Assembly (NCBI GenBank): GCA_015063985.1
Contig: SVTC01000008.1
Coordinates: 8,324-72,323 of the forward strand
Reading direction: 5' to 3'
DNA: 64,000 bases
Source: Oscillospiraceae bacterium
GTDB lineage: Bacteria > Bacillota > Clostridia > Oscillospirales > SIG627
Numbering within the stretch: position 1 is the first letter of the stretch; the number at the start of each line of letters is the position of its first letter. Below, in pieces: positions 54,685-63,926 of this stretch. Position numbers and translations under genes: made by a program. The notes under the pieces were generated by a model. That model worked only from the letters and a program-made list of their open reading frames with translations. It ran no database searches and was not told the DNA's origin.

Positions 54685-55494
54685 TTATTTGACGTTATAG
54701 CGCTCAACTATTTTTTTGACATAGTCACGTGGGGATGTTCCCATACGGCGTTTGAATGCGTAGCTGAAATAGGATTGCGATGAAAATCCGCACTCATAGG
54801 CTATCTGTGTAAGTGTCATATCGGTAGAGATCAGTAGATTGACAGATTTTTTGATTCGTTGATCTTCCACATATTCGTGCAGCGTTTTTCCCGTGGAGGC
54901 TTTGAAAAGCTTGTGAAAATATATCGTGTTGAAATTCGCCGCACTTGCCAGCTTTTCAAGTGTAAGCTCTGCAGACAGATTATTGTTGATATATTCAAGT
55001 GCGCGCTCTATTGTTTTGCGATTGTTGCTTTTCGGAGTGAATTTTACGACAGAGGCAGAGTTTTCACTTAATATATATATGAGTTTAAGTATTAAGCTTT
55101 GAAGAAAGATATCATCGTTTGAAATTCCCGTATTATAGTGTTCACATAGCGATATAAATATCTCTTTTATCTGATCTGTATCTAAAAAATCAATATAGTT
55201 CGGGAGATTAGTAAGAACGTCTCCAAGATACCCATCGTTTACGATCATATGAATATAATAACACTTAAACGGCAAACGGGTATGTCGGATCTGTCCGGGC
55301 TTTGCGCAGATGACCATATTCTCAGTTATCGGATGAGATTCATCATTGATATATGACATTCCTCCGCTTCCAATGGGAAGCTCGAGCTCAAACATTGAAG
55401 TTTTTCGGTTTTTTGATATCGTTCGATTTTTGATTGCAATTTGGGCGTTGTATATTCCGATTGCAACGATCTGCGGTAAAATAGTTTCTTTCAT
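54685..55494 (-). CDS. AraC family transcriptional regulator
   Basis: C-terminal double HTH (LTLEKLA...NFN..YF.KLFK..TG.T...Y....R..K...LL..T....T.IA...GF.S.SYF...FKR..G.SP..Y). N-terminal cupin-like sensor. Confidence 0.9.
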   Translation of the reverse strand: MKETILPQIVAIGIYNAQIAIKNRTISKNRKTSMFELELPIGSGGMSYINDESHPITENMVICAKPGQIRHTRLPFKCYYIHMIVNDGYLGDVLTNLPNYIDFLDTDQIKEIFISLCEHYNTGISNDDIFLQSLILKLIYILSENSASVVKFTPKSNNRKTIERALEYINNNLSAELTLEKLASAANFNTIYFHKLFKASTGKTLHEYVEDQRIKKSVNLLISTDMTLTQIAYECGFSSQSYFSYAFKRRMGTSPRDYVKKIVERYNVK

Positions 55495-55617
55495 AGCACT
55501 CCAATAATAGCAAGATATCTAATAAATGCGGAAATAAATATATATTTTTCTGACAAGATCTATTATATAATAAAATAAAAAAGATATCAATAGAAACGGT
55601 AATAAAAAGAGGTTTAT

Positions 55618-56301
55618 ATGAAAATAACATGGCTTGGTCAGGCCGGATTGCTTTTTTACAACGGAAAAGTAAAAATAATGGTGGATCCATATTTATCAAA
55701 CAGTGTGGAAAAAGCAGAGCCTAAAATTTTTCGTCGCGTTCCCGTAAAGGAGGAGCTCTTTAATATCGAGCCTGATTTTATGGTGTTTACACACGATCAT
55801 CTTGATCATTACGATCCCGAAACAGCTCCAAGATTCCTTTGCGAAGGAAGAAATCCCATGACTGTATTGAGCCCTACCTCGGTATGGAAAAAGGCGAGAG
55901 TTTGCGGTGGCGGTCACAATTACGTACTTTTTGACAGAGGCAGTGAGTGGACGGATAAGGGGATTCATTTCACTGCGGTAAGGGCGGTACATAGCGATGC
56001 CTACGCTATTGGAGTTATAATTGAGGATCTTACTGAAAATAAGGTATATTACGTAACGGGTGATACTCTCTATAACCGAGAGATTTTTTCGGATCTTCCC
56101 GAAAGCATAGACGTTATATTTCTTCCTATAAACGGAGTGGGTAATAATATGAACGCAACCGACGCGGTGAGATTTTTCAAGGACAGCGGCGCAAAACGGG
56201 CGGTTCCTTATCACGTAGGTATGTTTGACAGCAAAACCGCTGATATTTTTGATGATGAGAATAAAATAATTTTGGAAGTATATAAAGAAAGTGAGCTGTG
56301 A
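55618..56301 (+). CDS. MBL-fold metallo-hydrolase (possible lactonase, UlaG-like small form)
   Basis: MKITWLGQAGLL......I.VDPYLS and THDHLDHYD zinc motif. 227 aa. Confidence 0.75.
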   Translation: MKITWLGQAGLLFYNGKVKIMVDPYLSNSVEKAEPKIFRRVPVKEELFNIEPDFMVFTHDHLDHYDPETAPRFLCEGRNPMTVLSPTSVWKKARVCGGGHNYVLFDRGSEWTDKGIHFTAVRAVHSDAYAIGVIIEDLTENKVYYVTGDTLYNREIFSDLPESIDVIFLPINGVGNNMNATDAVRFFKDSGAKRAVPYHVGMFDSKTADIFDDENKIILEVYKESEL

Positions 56302-56304
56302 GCG

Positions 56305-57465
56305 ATGAAAGTAACAGATATCAAGACCTTTGTAGTCGATTGCTTCAGAACTAACTGGGTATTCGTAAAAGTATACACCGATGAGGGTATTACGGGCGTG
56401 GGAGAAGGAACGCTCGAATACAAGGAAAAAGCACTTGTGGGGGCTGTGGAGCACATCAAGAGCTATCTTGTGGGCAAGGACCCCCGACAGATCGAAAAGC
56501 ATTATCACGATATTTACCGTGACGCCTATTGGCGCGGCGGTGCGGTGTTGATGAGCGCGCTCTCCGCTGTGGAAACGGCTCTGTGGGATATTCTCGGAAA
56601 ATCCTTGAACGTCCCTGTTTATCAGCTTCTCGGAGGTAAGGTCAATGAGGACTGTCGCATATACGTAAACGGTTGGTTTGCGGGAGCTAAATACCCCGAG
56701 GAGTTTGGCGAGAAGGCGAAAGAGGCGGTCAAACGGGGTGTGACCGCTATGAAATGGGATCCCTTTGGCAAGAATTATTTGCAGATCTCAAACAAGGAGC
56801 TTGACAAGGCTCTGCGTTGCATTGCCGCAGTTCGCGAGGCGGTCGGTGACGAGGTTGACCTGTTGATCGAAGCGCACGGACGCTTTGACGTGCCCACCGG
56901 AATCAAGATAGCGCAAGAGGTGGCGCAGTTCAAGCCGATGTTCCTGGAAGAACCGGTACCGCCTGACAATTTGGAGGCACTTGAAGCCGTAAGAGCAAAA
57001 TCCCCCGTCGCGATATCCGCGGGAGAGAGACTTTATACAAGATTTGATTATAACGAGCTCTTCCGCCGCCGCGCTTGCGATTACATTCAGCCGGATATTT
57101 CCCATGCGGGCGGCATTATGGAGCTTAAGAAGATAGCCGCTATTGCAGAGGCAAATTACATACCTTTCGCCCCTCATAATCCCTCGGGTCCCATTGCAAA
57201 TGCCGCAACGCTTCAGCTTGCCGCTTGCTGCCCGAGCTTCTGCATACTTGAGATCATGTACAGTGACGTGGATTGGCGCAAGGATGTGACAGATGAAAAT
57301 CTTGTTTACGAAAACGGTCGCATTAAGATAGGAGACAGACCGGGACTTGGTATAGAGCTTAACGAAGAGGCTTGCCTTGAGCATCCTTACGTCGAGCATA
57401 ATCTTCGACACTACACAGGGGCGCTTACCGATATAAGGCCTGCGAAAACAGAATTTTATTTTTAA
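56305..57465 (+). CDS. enolase-superfamily dehydratase (mandelate racemase / D-galactonate dehydratase family)
   Basis: I....V.........VKV.TDEGI.G.GE, A.WDI.GK....PVYQLLGG and the metal ligands D...E...E context (LIEAHGRF, LEEP, QPD.SH.GG). Confidence 0.9.
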   Translation: MKVTDIKTFVVDCFRTNWVFVKVYTDEGITGVGEGTLEYKEKALVGAVEHIKSYLVGKDPRQIEKHYHDIYRDAYWRGGAVLMSALSAVETALWDILGKSLNVPVYQLLGGKVNEDCRIYVNGWFAGAKYPEEFGEKAKEAVKRGVTAMKWDPFGKNYLQISNKELDKALRCIAAVREAVGDEVDLLIEAHGRFDVPTGIKIAQEVAQFKPMFLEEPVPPDNLEALEAVRAKSPVAISAGERLYTRFDYNELFRRRACDYIQPDISHAGGIMELKKIAAIAEANYIPFAPHNPSGPIANAATLQLAACCPSFCILEIMYSDVDWRKDVTDENLVYENGRIKIGDRPGLGIELNEEACLEHPYVEHNLRHYTGALTDIRPAKTEFYF

Positions 57466-57485
57466 AAGATCGGAGCATTGCCATT

Positions 57486-59516
57486 ATGAAGGTCAAATTA
57501 ACACGTCACTTAGGGCGGTTGAAAGTAAATATAGACGATAAGCTTTATGAGCCCTTGTCCTTTAAATCCTTTCGCCCTAACCCAAGAAACGTTTCTGAAT
57601 TTTACAGTGCGGGAGTGCGACTGTTCAGCGTACTGACGACAGGATTGACCTCTGCCATAGGTGTTCCTTATTCACTGTACGGAGAATCGTGGATCGGTGA
57701 CGGACAATACGATTTCAGCGCGATCGACAGACAGATGGATATGTTTTTGGAAAATGCACCCGATGCCTATTTTGCTCCTATGATACAGGTGGATACGAGG
57801 GATTGGTATCTAAAAGCTCATCCGGACAAGCCAAATTCATTTACGCATCTTTCTCAAATTGCCCACGATGAACAATGGCGGCTTGCTGCCGCCGAGTATA
57901 TGAAGGCGGCGATCCGTCATTGTGAAGAAAAATACGGGGAATGTATTTACGGCTATTTTCTTTTGGGCGGAACGACGACAGAGTGGTTCTCGAACGGAGA
58001 TAAAGAAGCAAGCCACCCTATAAAAGAGGCAGGATATCGAAAGTGGACAGGTGACGATAGCGCCCATCTGCCCTCTCTTGAACGCTTGAATCGCGAGGGC
58101 AACGTATTCCTTTGCTCAGACGAGTCCGACGTATATAACGCAAGACGCTTTCATGCCCAAACGATATCCGAGCTTATTTTATACTTCGCCAAAGAGGCGC
58201 AGTCTGTGCTTAAACATAAAAAGCTACTGGGAGTTTATTACGGATATTTGTTTGAGCTTGGCACAGAGCGTCTTTATAACGACGGAAGCTTGGATTATGA
58301 ACGAGTATTTTTCAGTCGTGATATTGATATGATATCCAGTCCGTCTTCATACGGATACAGAAAAACAGACGACCCAAGTGCCTTTATGGTAACACACAGG
58401 ACGCTTGACGATCACGATAAGTTGTATTTTCTTGAATTTGACCATATTACCCACACAGCCCCCGAGCAGATACTGGACGGTTTGGACTTAACTGCATCTA
58501 ACAGAAGTATCGTAAAGATACCGGGAAGCAAAAGCAGGTGTAAAAACGAGACCGAGACTCTGAATTTGATGTATCGTGATTTTATTCTTTGCAACGCAAA
58601 CCGAGCGGCACTTTGGTGGTTTGATATGTTTGATGGATGGTTTCGTTCGGACGGCATGATGGCAGCCGTCAGCCATATGCTTAAGATTTCAAAATTACTG
58701 GGAGCTATCGAAACGAAAAGCGTTTCCGATATTGCGGTCATTGCAGAGGGCGAGTCTATGTATCGGGCAAGAAAATCTGCACGACTTGCTACGGAATGTC
58801 TTTCCAATATTCGTCGTACTTTGGCAGAGTGTGGATGCGCTTACGACTTGTATTCTATCGGAGATTGCGGTGAGGCACTTTTGCGTCCGTATAAATTGTA
58901 CGTATTTGTAAATCAATATGACTTGCCGGACACTGATGCTATTCATAAACGGTTGCGCAACTCCGGTAAAAGTGTGCTTTGGCTTTATGCACCTGCATAT
59001 GCTACATCCGGAGAGCTCAGCGTGTCTGCCATACAAAAAGCCACAGGGCTTTGTGTGACCGAACAGTCTGCATCAAATGGCGGAATGGTTTATGAGGACC
59101 GTTTGATCGATTACGGATTAAATGCGCCGTATTTTGCGGTTGAAGATCCGTGTGCCGTACCGCTTGCTTATTTTGAGAACGGTGCGGTTGCCGTAGCATC
59201 TAAACAATTAGCGGGTTATCGCTCGGTTTACGCATCTACCTGCAATCTCCCATCGGGACTTCTCCGACAAATTGCCGCCAAGGCGGGTGTGTTTGTATAC
59301 AGTGATAACAACTTCGTCTATGTTTATCCTAACTCTGCTTCTGTTGGTGTATACAATGCCACCGATGAGGACGCGGTTATTCATTTGCCTGAAGATGGGG
59401 TATATACAGATATGATAGAGGGTGGAAAGTACACATGTAAGGATGGCAATTTGTTGCTTACGAAAAAAAAGATTCGTTCTTATTTACTAATCAGGGAGAA
59501 AAGAAAAGGCTTATGA
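57486..59516 (+). CDS. 676-aa cytoplasmic protein, possibly a GH42-like glycoside hydrolase architecture (uncertain)
   Basis: No signal peptide. The N-terminal about 400 aa looks TIM-barrel-like. The middle DIAVIAEGESMY... segment resembles the GH42 trimerisation (flavodoxin-like) domain. The call is weak and made by eye. Confidence 0.35.
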   Translation: MKVKLTRHLGRLKVNIDDKLYEPLSFKSFRPNPRNVSEFYSAGVRLFSVLTTGLTSAIGVPYSLYGESWIGDGQYDFSAIDRQMDMFLENAPDAYFAPMIQVDTRDWYLKAHPDKPNSFTHLSQIAHDEQWRLAAAEYMKAAIRHCEEKYGECIYGYFLLGGTTTEWFSNGDKEASHPIKEAGYRKWTGDDSAHLPSLERLNREGNVFLCSDESDVYNARRFHAQTISELILYFAKEAQSVLKHKKLLGVYYGYLFELGTERLYNDGSLDYERVFFSRDIDMISSPSSYGYRKTDDPSAFMVTHRTLDDHDKLYFLEFDHITHTAPEQILDGLDLTASNRSIVKIPGSKSRCKNETETLNLMYRDFILCNANRAALWWFDMFDGWFRSDGMMAAVSHMLKISKLLGAIETKSVSDIAVIAEGESMYRARKSARLATECLSNIRRTLAECGCAYDLYSIGDCGEALLRPYKLYVFVNQYDLPDTDAIHKRLRNSGKSVLWLYAPAYATSGELSVSAIQKATGLCVTEQSASNGGMVYEDRLIDYGLNAPYFAVEDPCAVPLAYFENGAVAVASKQLAGYRSVYASTCNLPSGLLRQIAAKAGVFVYSDNNFVYVYPNSASVGVYNATDEDAVIHLPEDGVYTDMIEGGKYTCKDGNLLLTKKKIRSYLLIREKRKGL

Positions 59517-60292
59517 AAACTGCACTGATTACCGGTGCTTGTATAAATACAGGCGTTGCGATTGTTGAAAAATTCGCGTCCGAGGGCTACAACGTGATAT
59601 TTACTGGCAGGAGCATAGAAAAGGTTCATGCCGCAAAAAAAGCGTACAGAGAAAAATTTCCGGAGGTACAAATTATCGGGTATAATATAGACTCGCTTCT
59701 CGACGAGAGGACAGTTGACGAGGAGTCTGTGGAGAAAACGTTTTCGGATATTGACGCAAAAGGACTTCTTGTTGACACCTTGGTTCTCAATGCTGCCGAT
59801 CAGGGTCTTGGACAAAAGATATTTGAAAATCCTCTTACCGATTTTATGAAGGTCATCAACACAAACGTGGTATGGAACTACTGCCTTTGCGAGCACGCCG
59901 CAAAGCGAATGAAAGAAAACGGCGGCGGAAATATAGTGTTTGTTAATTCAAATACCGCATACCGCGCTATTCCCGACAGAATCGCATATGAAGCATCAAA
60001 AGGCGGTCAGCTTGGCATGATGCGAGGACTTGCCCTCGATCTGGGAAAATACAATATTCGAGTAAACGCAGTTCTTCCCGGAATGATAAAAACAGACCGT
60101 TGGGATAAGGATCCTGAGTTCTACGCAAAGGTTCCTTCGCGTTTTACTCCCATCGGAGACGTAGCCGTAGGTGAGGACGTAGCCGATGCAGTATGGTATT
60201 TTGCCGCACACGCCCGTAACACCACAGGCGCAGAGCTTGTTGTCGACGGAGGCAATACCATTCAGCTATATCCCGTTATACCAAAGACATAA
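59513..60292 (+). CDS. SDR family oxidoreductase
   Basis: ALITGA...G.A cofactor motif, NAA, and the catalytic YEASKGG (YxxxK). Confidence 0.9.
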   Translation: MKTALITGACINTGVAIVEKFASEGYNVIFTGRSIEKVHAAKKAYREKFPEVQIIGYNIDSLLDERTVDEESVEKTFSDIDAKGLLVDTLVLNAADQGLGQKIFENPLTDFMKVINTNVVWNYCLCEHAAKRMKENGGGNIVFVNSNTAYRAIPDRIAYEASKGGQLGMMRGLALDLGKYNIRVNAVLPGMIKTDRWDKDPEFYAKVPSRFTPIGDVAVGEDVADAVWYFAAHARNTTGAELVVDGGNTIQLYPVIPKT

Positions 60293-60299
60293 ATTGTAC

Positions 60300-60338
60300 A
60301 GAAGGCGGCAGATCTTTGACCTGCCGCCTTCTGTTTTC
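60300..60338 (+). terminator. terminator after the SDR gene
   Basis: AGAAGGCGGCAG-atctttgac-CTGCCGCCTTCT followed by GTTTTC. Confidence 0.65.
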
Positions 60339-60387
60339 AAATCGTGATACTATTATTTGTGATGAAAGGGTATTTATACTGTCCAAC

Positions 60388-60416
60388 TTTACTTTTTTGA
60401 GCAACTATGGTATAAT
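60388..60416 (+). promoter_or_regulatory. putative sigma-A-type promoter for the DUF4375-like gene
   Basis: TTTACT, 17 nt spacer, then TGgTATAAT (extended -10). It lies within an 81-bp segment (60336-60416) that aligns without gaps to 54120-54200 at 56/81 identities by hand count. Confidence 0.45.
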
Positions 60417-60444
60417 TATCAAAAATTATTCGAGGGGCATAAAT

Positions 60445-61215
60445 ATGAATAAATTTTATACATTTTTTGCTAATTTCTTTCTAACTGCATTTCGTCACAT
60501 AGGGTCTATTGTAATTTCTATAATCCTGATTGTAGTAGGTGCAATATGGTCTAAAGTTTGTTTTTACATAGGTTTGTTTTTAATTATCTCAAATATAATC
60601 GTTGCTTTTGTCGGTGCAATTCGTATGCAAAATATTATGAATTATCGTTCTGATGATGACCCCGAATTCAATGAAATGATGGAAAAAATAACTGCCGATC
60701 CAAAATCTTTTTTATCCGAGATAATGGAGGCGCAAGAAAAAAACAGACATTTACATGGCGAAGATTTATTATCCCTTTCGGATGACGATTTATTTGAAAC
60801 TATCTATTTTCAAAACATCGATATTGCAGAAGCAGCTGAAGATGAGGATAAAGAATTAGAACAATTTACAGGTGCTCGCAAAACAGTTTATGTTTTGGGC
60901 TTATTTGATTCAGAAATTCAAAATGGTGGTCTTTGCCAATTTTTTGTAAACTCATCAAGAGTTGTTGCACCGTATGTTAGTGAATCGCTAAGATGCGTGG
61001 GTGCAGATGAACATCTGAATCTTTTTGAGGAATTTATTACTGCAAACAATATTGATGTTTCTGATCTCGAATCTTTTAAAGTTTTCAGTAAGCGCGGATA
61101 CATAAAACAAACTAAGAGGTTTGACTTTGATTCATTTGATGATAAATATTATGAATTGCCTGCATTACAAGAAAAAGTAGTTAAATACATCAAAAATAAT
61201 ATAAACGAGTTTTAA
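60445..61215 (+). CDS. membrane-anchored DUF4375 / DMP19-like domain protein
   Basis: Two N-terminal TM helices. The C-terminal region with VLGLFDSEIQNGGLCQFFVNSS matches the DMP19 (DNA-mimic) C-terminal domain signature ..EV.NGG..QFF.NS. AT-rich. Start at ATG 60445. Confidence 0.65.
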   Translation: MNKFYTFFANFFLTAFRHIGSIVISIILIVVGAIWSKVCFYIGLFLIISNIIVAFVGAIRMQNIMNYRSDDDPEFNEMMEKITADPKSFLSEIMEAQEKNRHLHGEDLLSLSDDDLFETIYFQNIDIAEAAEDEDKELEQFTGARKTVYVLGLFDSEIQNGGLCQFFVNSSRVVAPYVSESLRCVGADEHLNLFEEFITANNIDVSDLESFKVFSKRGYIKQTKRFDFDSFDDKYYELPALQEKVVKYIKNNINEF

Positions 61216-61222
61216 CTAAAAG

Positions 61223-61268
61223 GAGGCTGAGTCAAAAGCAAAATTTTCGCTTTTGACTCAGCCTCTTT
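61223..61268 (+). terminator. strong rho-independent terminator; copy 2 of the identical 46-bp repeat
   Basis: Same 46 nt as 54608-54653. Confidence 0.8.
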
Positions 61269-61315
61269 GCTTAAAACAGTATTACCTTGCTTGAACGGCA
61301 GACCCCTGCAACGGT

Positions 61316-61993
61316 TCACTCCATCTCGGGCAAAGTGATCTCTGTTGTGCCAAAGTCGCTGTATTCACGCTCACCTTTATCGTCACCGTAAACCATACGG
61401 ATCAGCTTGCCGTTTTCAAAATAAAACTCAAAAAACTCACCGGAGTTATAAAAGGTGTACGCATGATCTTCTTCGGAATACCTAAACTCCTGCAGATTGT
61501 AGATACCGGGGAGCCATTCGAGCCAATCACTGCTGAATTCAAAGCCGCCGGTGGCATTTCTCTCGTGCATTTCCCACTGCTCATCGGCTTGCAGTGTGGT
61601 TTTAGACATATGCACAAAGTAGTGATCCACCTTGTCCCCCTTACGGTGGTAGTAATTTTCCGAAGAGCCGTTCACAGATTGACGGTAATATAGATTCTCG
61701 GCGGGGCAAAGCTTATATATCTGCTCATCGATGGTCGAGGCATCACAGGTATAATTCTCAAAGCTTGAAGCAATGATCGACTCCCACTGCTCAAAAGTGA
61801 CCTTATAAGGTGAGCTCTCCTGAGTCTCTGCGGTTCCGTTCTCGGTGGTAACGTTGTCGGCGGTAACGTTATTGGCGGTACCGTTATTGGCGCCTGCGCC
61901 CTCGTTGGTGCCGTCGGTTTTTGCCTCACATCCAACAAAGCAAAGCGCGGCTATCAAAAGCACGCACAACAATCCCAATAAGTTTTTCTTCAT
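61316..61993 (-). CDS. lipoprotein, hypothetical
   Basis: MKKNLLGLLCVLLIAALCFVGCEA lipobox and a low-complexity N/T/G-rich linker. No known domain recognised. Confidence 0.6.
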   Translation of the reverse strand: MKKNLLGLLCVLLIAALCFVGCEAKTDGTNEGAGANNGTANNVTADNVTTENGTAETQESSPYKVTFEQWESIIASSFENYTCDASTIDEQIYKLCPAENLYYRQSVNGSSENYYHRKGDKVDHYFVHMSKTTLQADEQWEMHERNATGGFEFSSDWLEWLPGIYNLQEFRYSEEDHAYTFYNSGEFFEFYFENGKLIRMVYGDDKGEREYSDFGTTEITLPEME

Positions 61994-62258
61994 AATATAT
62001 CTCCTTTATTTATGATTATATTTCCAAGGCCAAAGCTCTCAGATCCTTAGCTTAACGCAAGCCTTTTATCAAGCTTGCCACGATCTGCCCACCTTTACAG
62101 AAAACGCAGAACACTATATTCTTATAACACATAATACTAAAAAAGTCAACACAAAAATCGATTTCACCTGTTTTTTTACTCTCTATCAAAATTAAATGAT
62201 CCTCCGCCGACTTTAAAAAGCCCGATTCAATTTTTCAGAACTAAAAATGTCCTACGTA

Positions 62259-62287
62259 TTGACTTTTAATGAATAAAGTGATATATT
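62259..62287 (+). promoter_or_regulatory. putative sigma-A promoter
   Basis: TTGACT (62259-62264), 17 nt spacer, then TATATT (62282-62287). It sits 30 nt upstream of the AAGGAG RBS / ATG at 62318. Confidence 0.4.
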
Positions 62288-62317
62288 TTTGTCAAACCGC
62301 AAAAAAGGAGAAATGAT

Positions 62318-63607
62318 ATGTTTAAAGCAGGCTTTGCAAGAGTAGACGTTACACCGCCCCTGGGCACGGAATTGACGGGATACTTTGAAAAGAGATATTC
62401 CGACGGAGTTCTTGACCCCGTTGAGCTTAATGCCCTTGCCATCAATGACGGAGAAAAAAGCGCGATCATCATCACGTCGGATTTTATGTATTGCCCCGAA
62501 AAACCAATGCTGCGTTTTCGCACACTTGTTTCTCAAAAGACCTCTGTTGATATAAACAGCATCTTCATTCAGTCCGTACATCAGCACACCTCCACCACTG
62601 CGGGGATTGACGGTCCCACAGATCCCGACTACCAGATCCTCCTTGAAAAGAAGTACTGCGACGTCGCCGTGATGGCGCTGGAGGATATGAAGGAAGCGGA
62701 AATATCCATTGCACAAAAGGAGGCTGCCGTTCCTCTATCATTTATCCGCCGTTACAAAATGAAGGACGGCAGCACAAGAACGAATCCCGGCCTGAAAAGA
62801 ATGGCTTTGATCGACAGCCCCATCGGAAAAGCAGATAATACCGTGCGCATTGTAAAGCTTTCCAGAGAGGGAGCAAAGGACATAGCGTTGGTCAACTTCC
62901 AGACCCATCCCGACGTTATTGGCGGAAATAAGTTTTCCGCAGATTGGCCCGGCTTCACACGCAGATTTTGCGAAAAGGATCTGGACAACGTTCACTGCAT
63001 ACTCGTCAACGGCTGTCAGGGAGACGTTAATCACATAAACCTCTTTGATCTCCGCACCGGATATTCCCATAGCAAATTCATGGGCAGAACCATTGCAGAT
63101 ACGGTTATAGAGATGTGGAACAATACCGAAAAGACCGATGCAGGCTCTATCACCACCGACGTCCTGGTCAAACGCATCCCCTCCAACACCGAGGGAATCG
63201 AAAAGGTAGACGAATGTATTAAGATCTACAGCGACTACCAGGCAGGTAAGCTTGAGGAGCACATCAGCATGAACGAGCTCGGCGAGATAAGAAGAATATC
63301 ACAGATGGACGAGCTGAACGTTCTCCAAAGAGTACCGGTCTCTATAGTGGCCTTCGGAAAGGTAGTGCTTATCGGTTACGGCGGAGAGCCCTTTACCGAA
63401 TACGCCGACAAGCTCAGAGAAGCCTTCCCCGAGCTTCACATAATGACAGCCTGCCTTGCCAACGGAGCCCAAGGCTATTTGCCGTCCGTATCGGCCTTTG
63501 AGGAGGGCGGCTACGAATCCCGCACCACAAACTTCACCAAAACGGTTGCCCCCGTTTTGCAGCAATGTGCCATAGATATGATAAAGGATCATATAAGCAA
63601 GGCTTGA
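62318..63607 (+). CDS. neutral/alkaline ceramidase-like N-terminal-domain hydrolase (uncertain)
   Basis: MFKAGFARVDVTPPLGTEL.GY......GVLDP.....L and a later HQH motif resemble the ceramidase-like family seen in Clostridia. Recalled by eye. Confidence 0.45.
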   Translation: MFKAGFARVDVTPPLGTELTGYFEKRYSDGVLDPVELNALAINDGEKSAIIITSDFMYCPEKPMLRFRTLVSQKTSVDINSIFIQSVHQHTSTTAGIDGPTDPDYQILLEKKYCDVAVMALEDMKEAEISIAQKEAAVPLSFIRRYKMKDGSTRTNPGLKRMALIDSPIGKADNTVRIVKLSREGAKDIALVNFQTHPDVIGGNKFSADWPGFTRRFCEKDLDNVHCILVNGCQGDVNHINLFDLRTGYSHSKFMGRTIADTVIEMWNNTEKTDAGSITTDVLVKRIPSNTEGIEKVDECIKIYSDYQAGKLEEHISMNELGEIRRISQMDELNVLQRVPVSIVAFGKVVLIGYGGEPFTEYADKLREAFPELHIMTACLANGAQGYLPSVSAFEEGGYESRTTNFTKTVAPVLQQCAIDMIKDHISKA

Positions 63608-63616
63608 CCCAACACG

Positions 63617-63642
63617 TAAAGGATGCTTTTCAGCATCCTTTA
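63617..63642. terminator. bidirectional terminator
   Basis: TAAAGGATGC-ttttca-GCATCCTTTA with T-rich sequence after it. Confidence 0.6.
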
Positions 63643-63813
63643 TTTATCCCCTGCCACTTTCTTTAAAAACCTATTTTTTGCAAGTGTCAAAAGCCTTTTA
63701 TCTATATCGGGATACACACATTCCGTACAGCTGCCGTTACTGTCTATAGCAACACCTTCAAGTATACAATACCCCTTATCTTGATAAACACAAAGCTCAT
63801 TTTCACATTTCAT
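63640..63813 (-). CDS. 57-aa cysteine-rich small protein, hypothetical
   Basis: MKCENELCVYQDKGYCILEGVAIDSNGSCTECVY... with six Cys. Start taken at the internal Met (63813), since the upstream part of the track ORF lacks an RBS context. Confidence 0.35.
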   Translation of the reverse strand: MKCENELCVYQDKGYCILEGVAIDSNGSCTECVYPDIDKRLLTLAKNRFLKKVAGDK

Positions 63814-63926
63814 CCCAATCACCTCAAAGCCGATTTTCGGTTTAATTATAACATATTTCTCCTTGTTACGCAAGTGCGTATACGCAACGATGTAAAAACA
63901 CATAAAATATCCTTGAGGTGTTTAAA

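Noticed and set aside
55696-56508. 270-aa minus-strand ORF overlapping the MBL hydrolase and the start of the enolase gene.
   Set aside because: The plus-strand genes carry clear family motifs (THDHLDHYD and the enolase N-terminus) and RBSs. The minus-strand ORF is a shadow frame with no RBS or motif.
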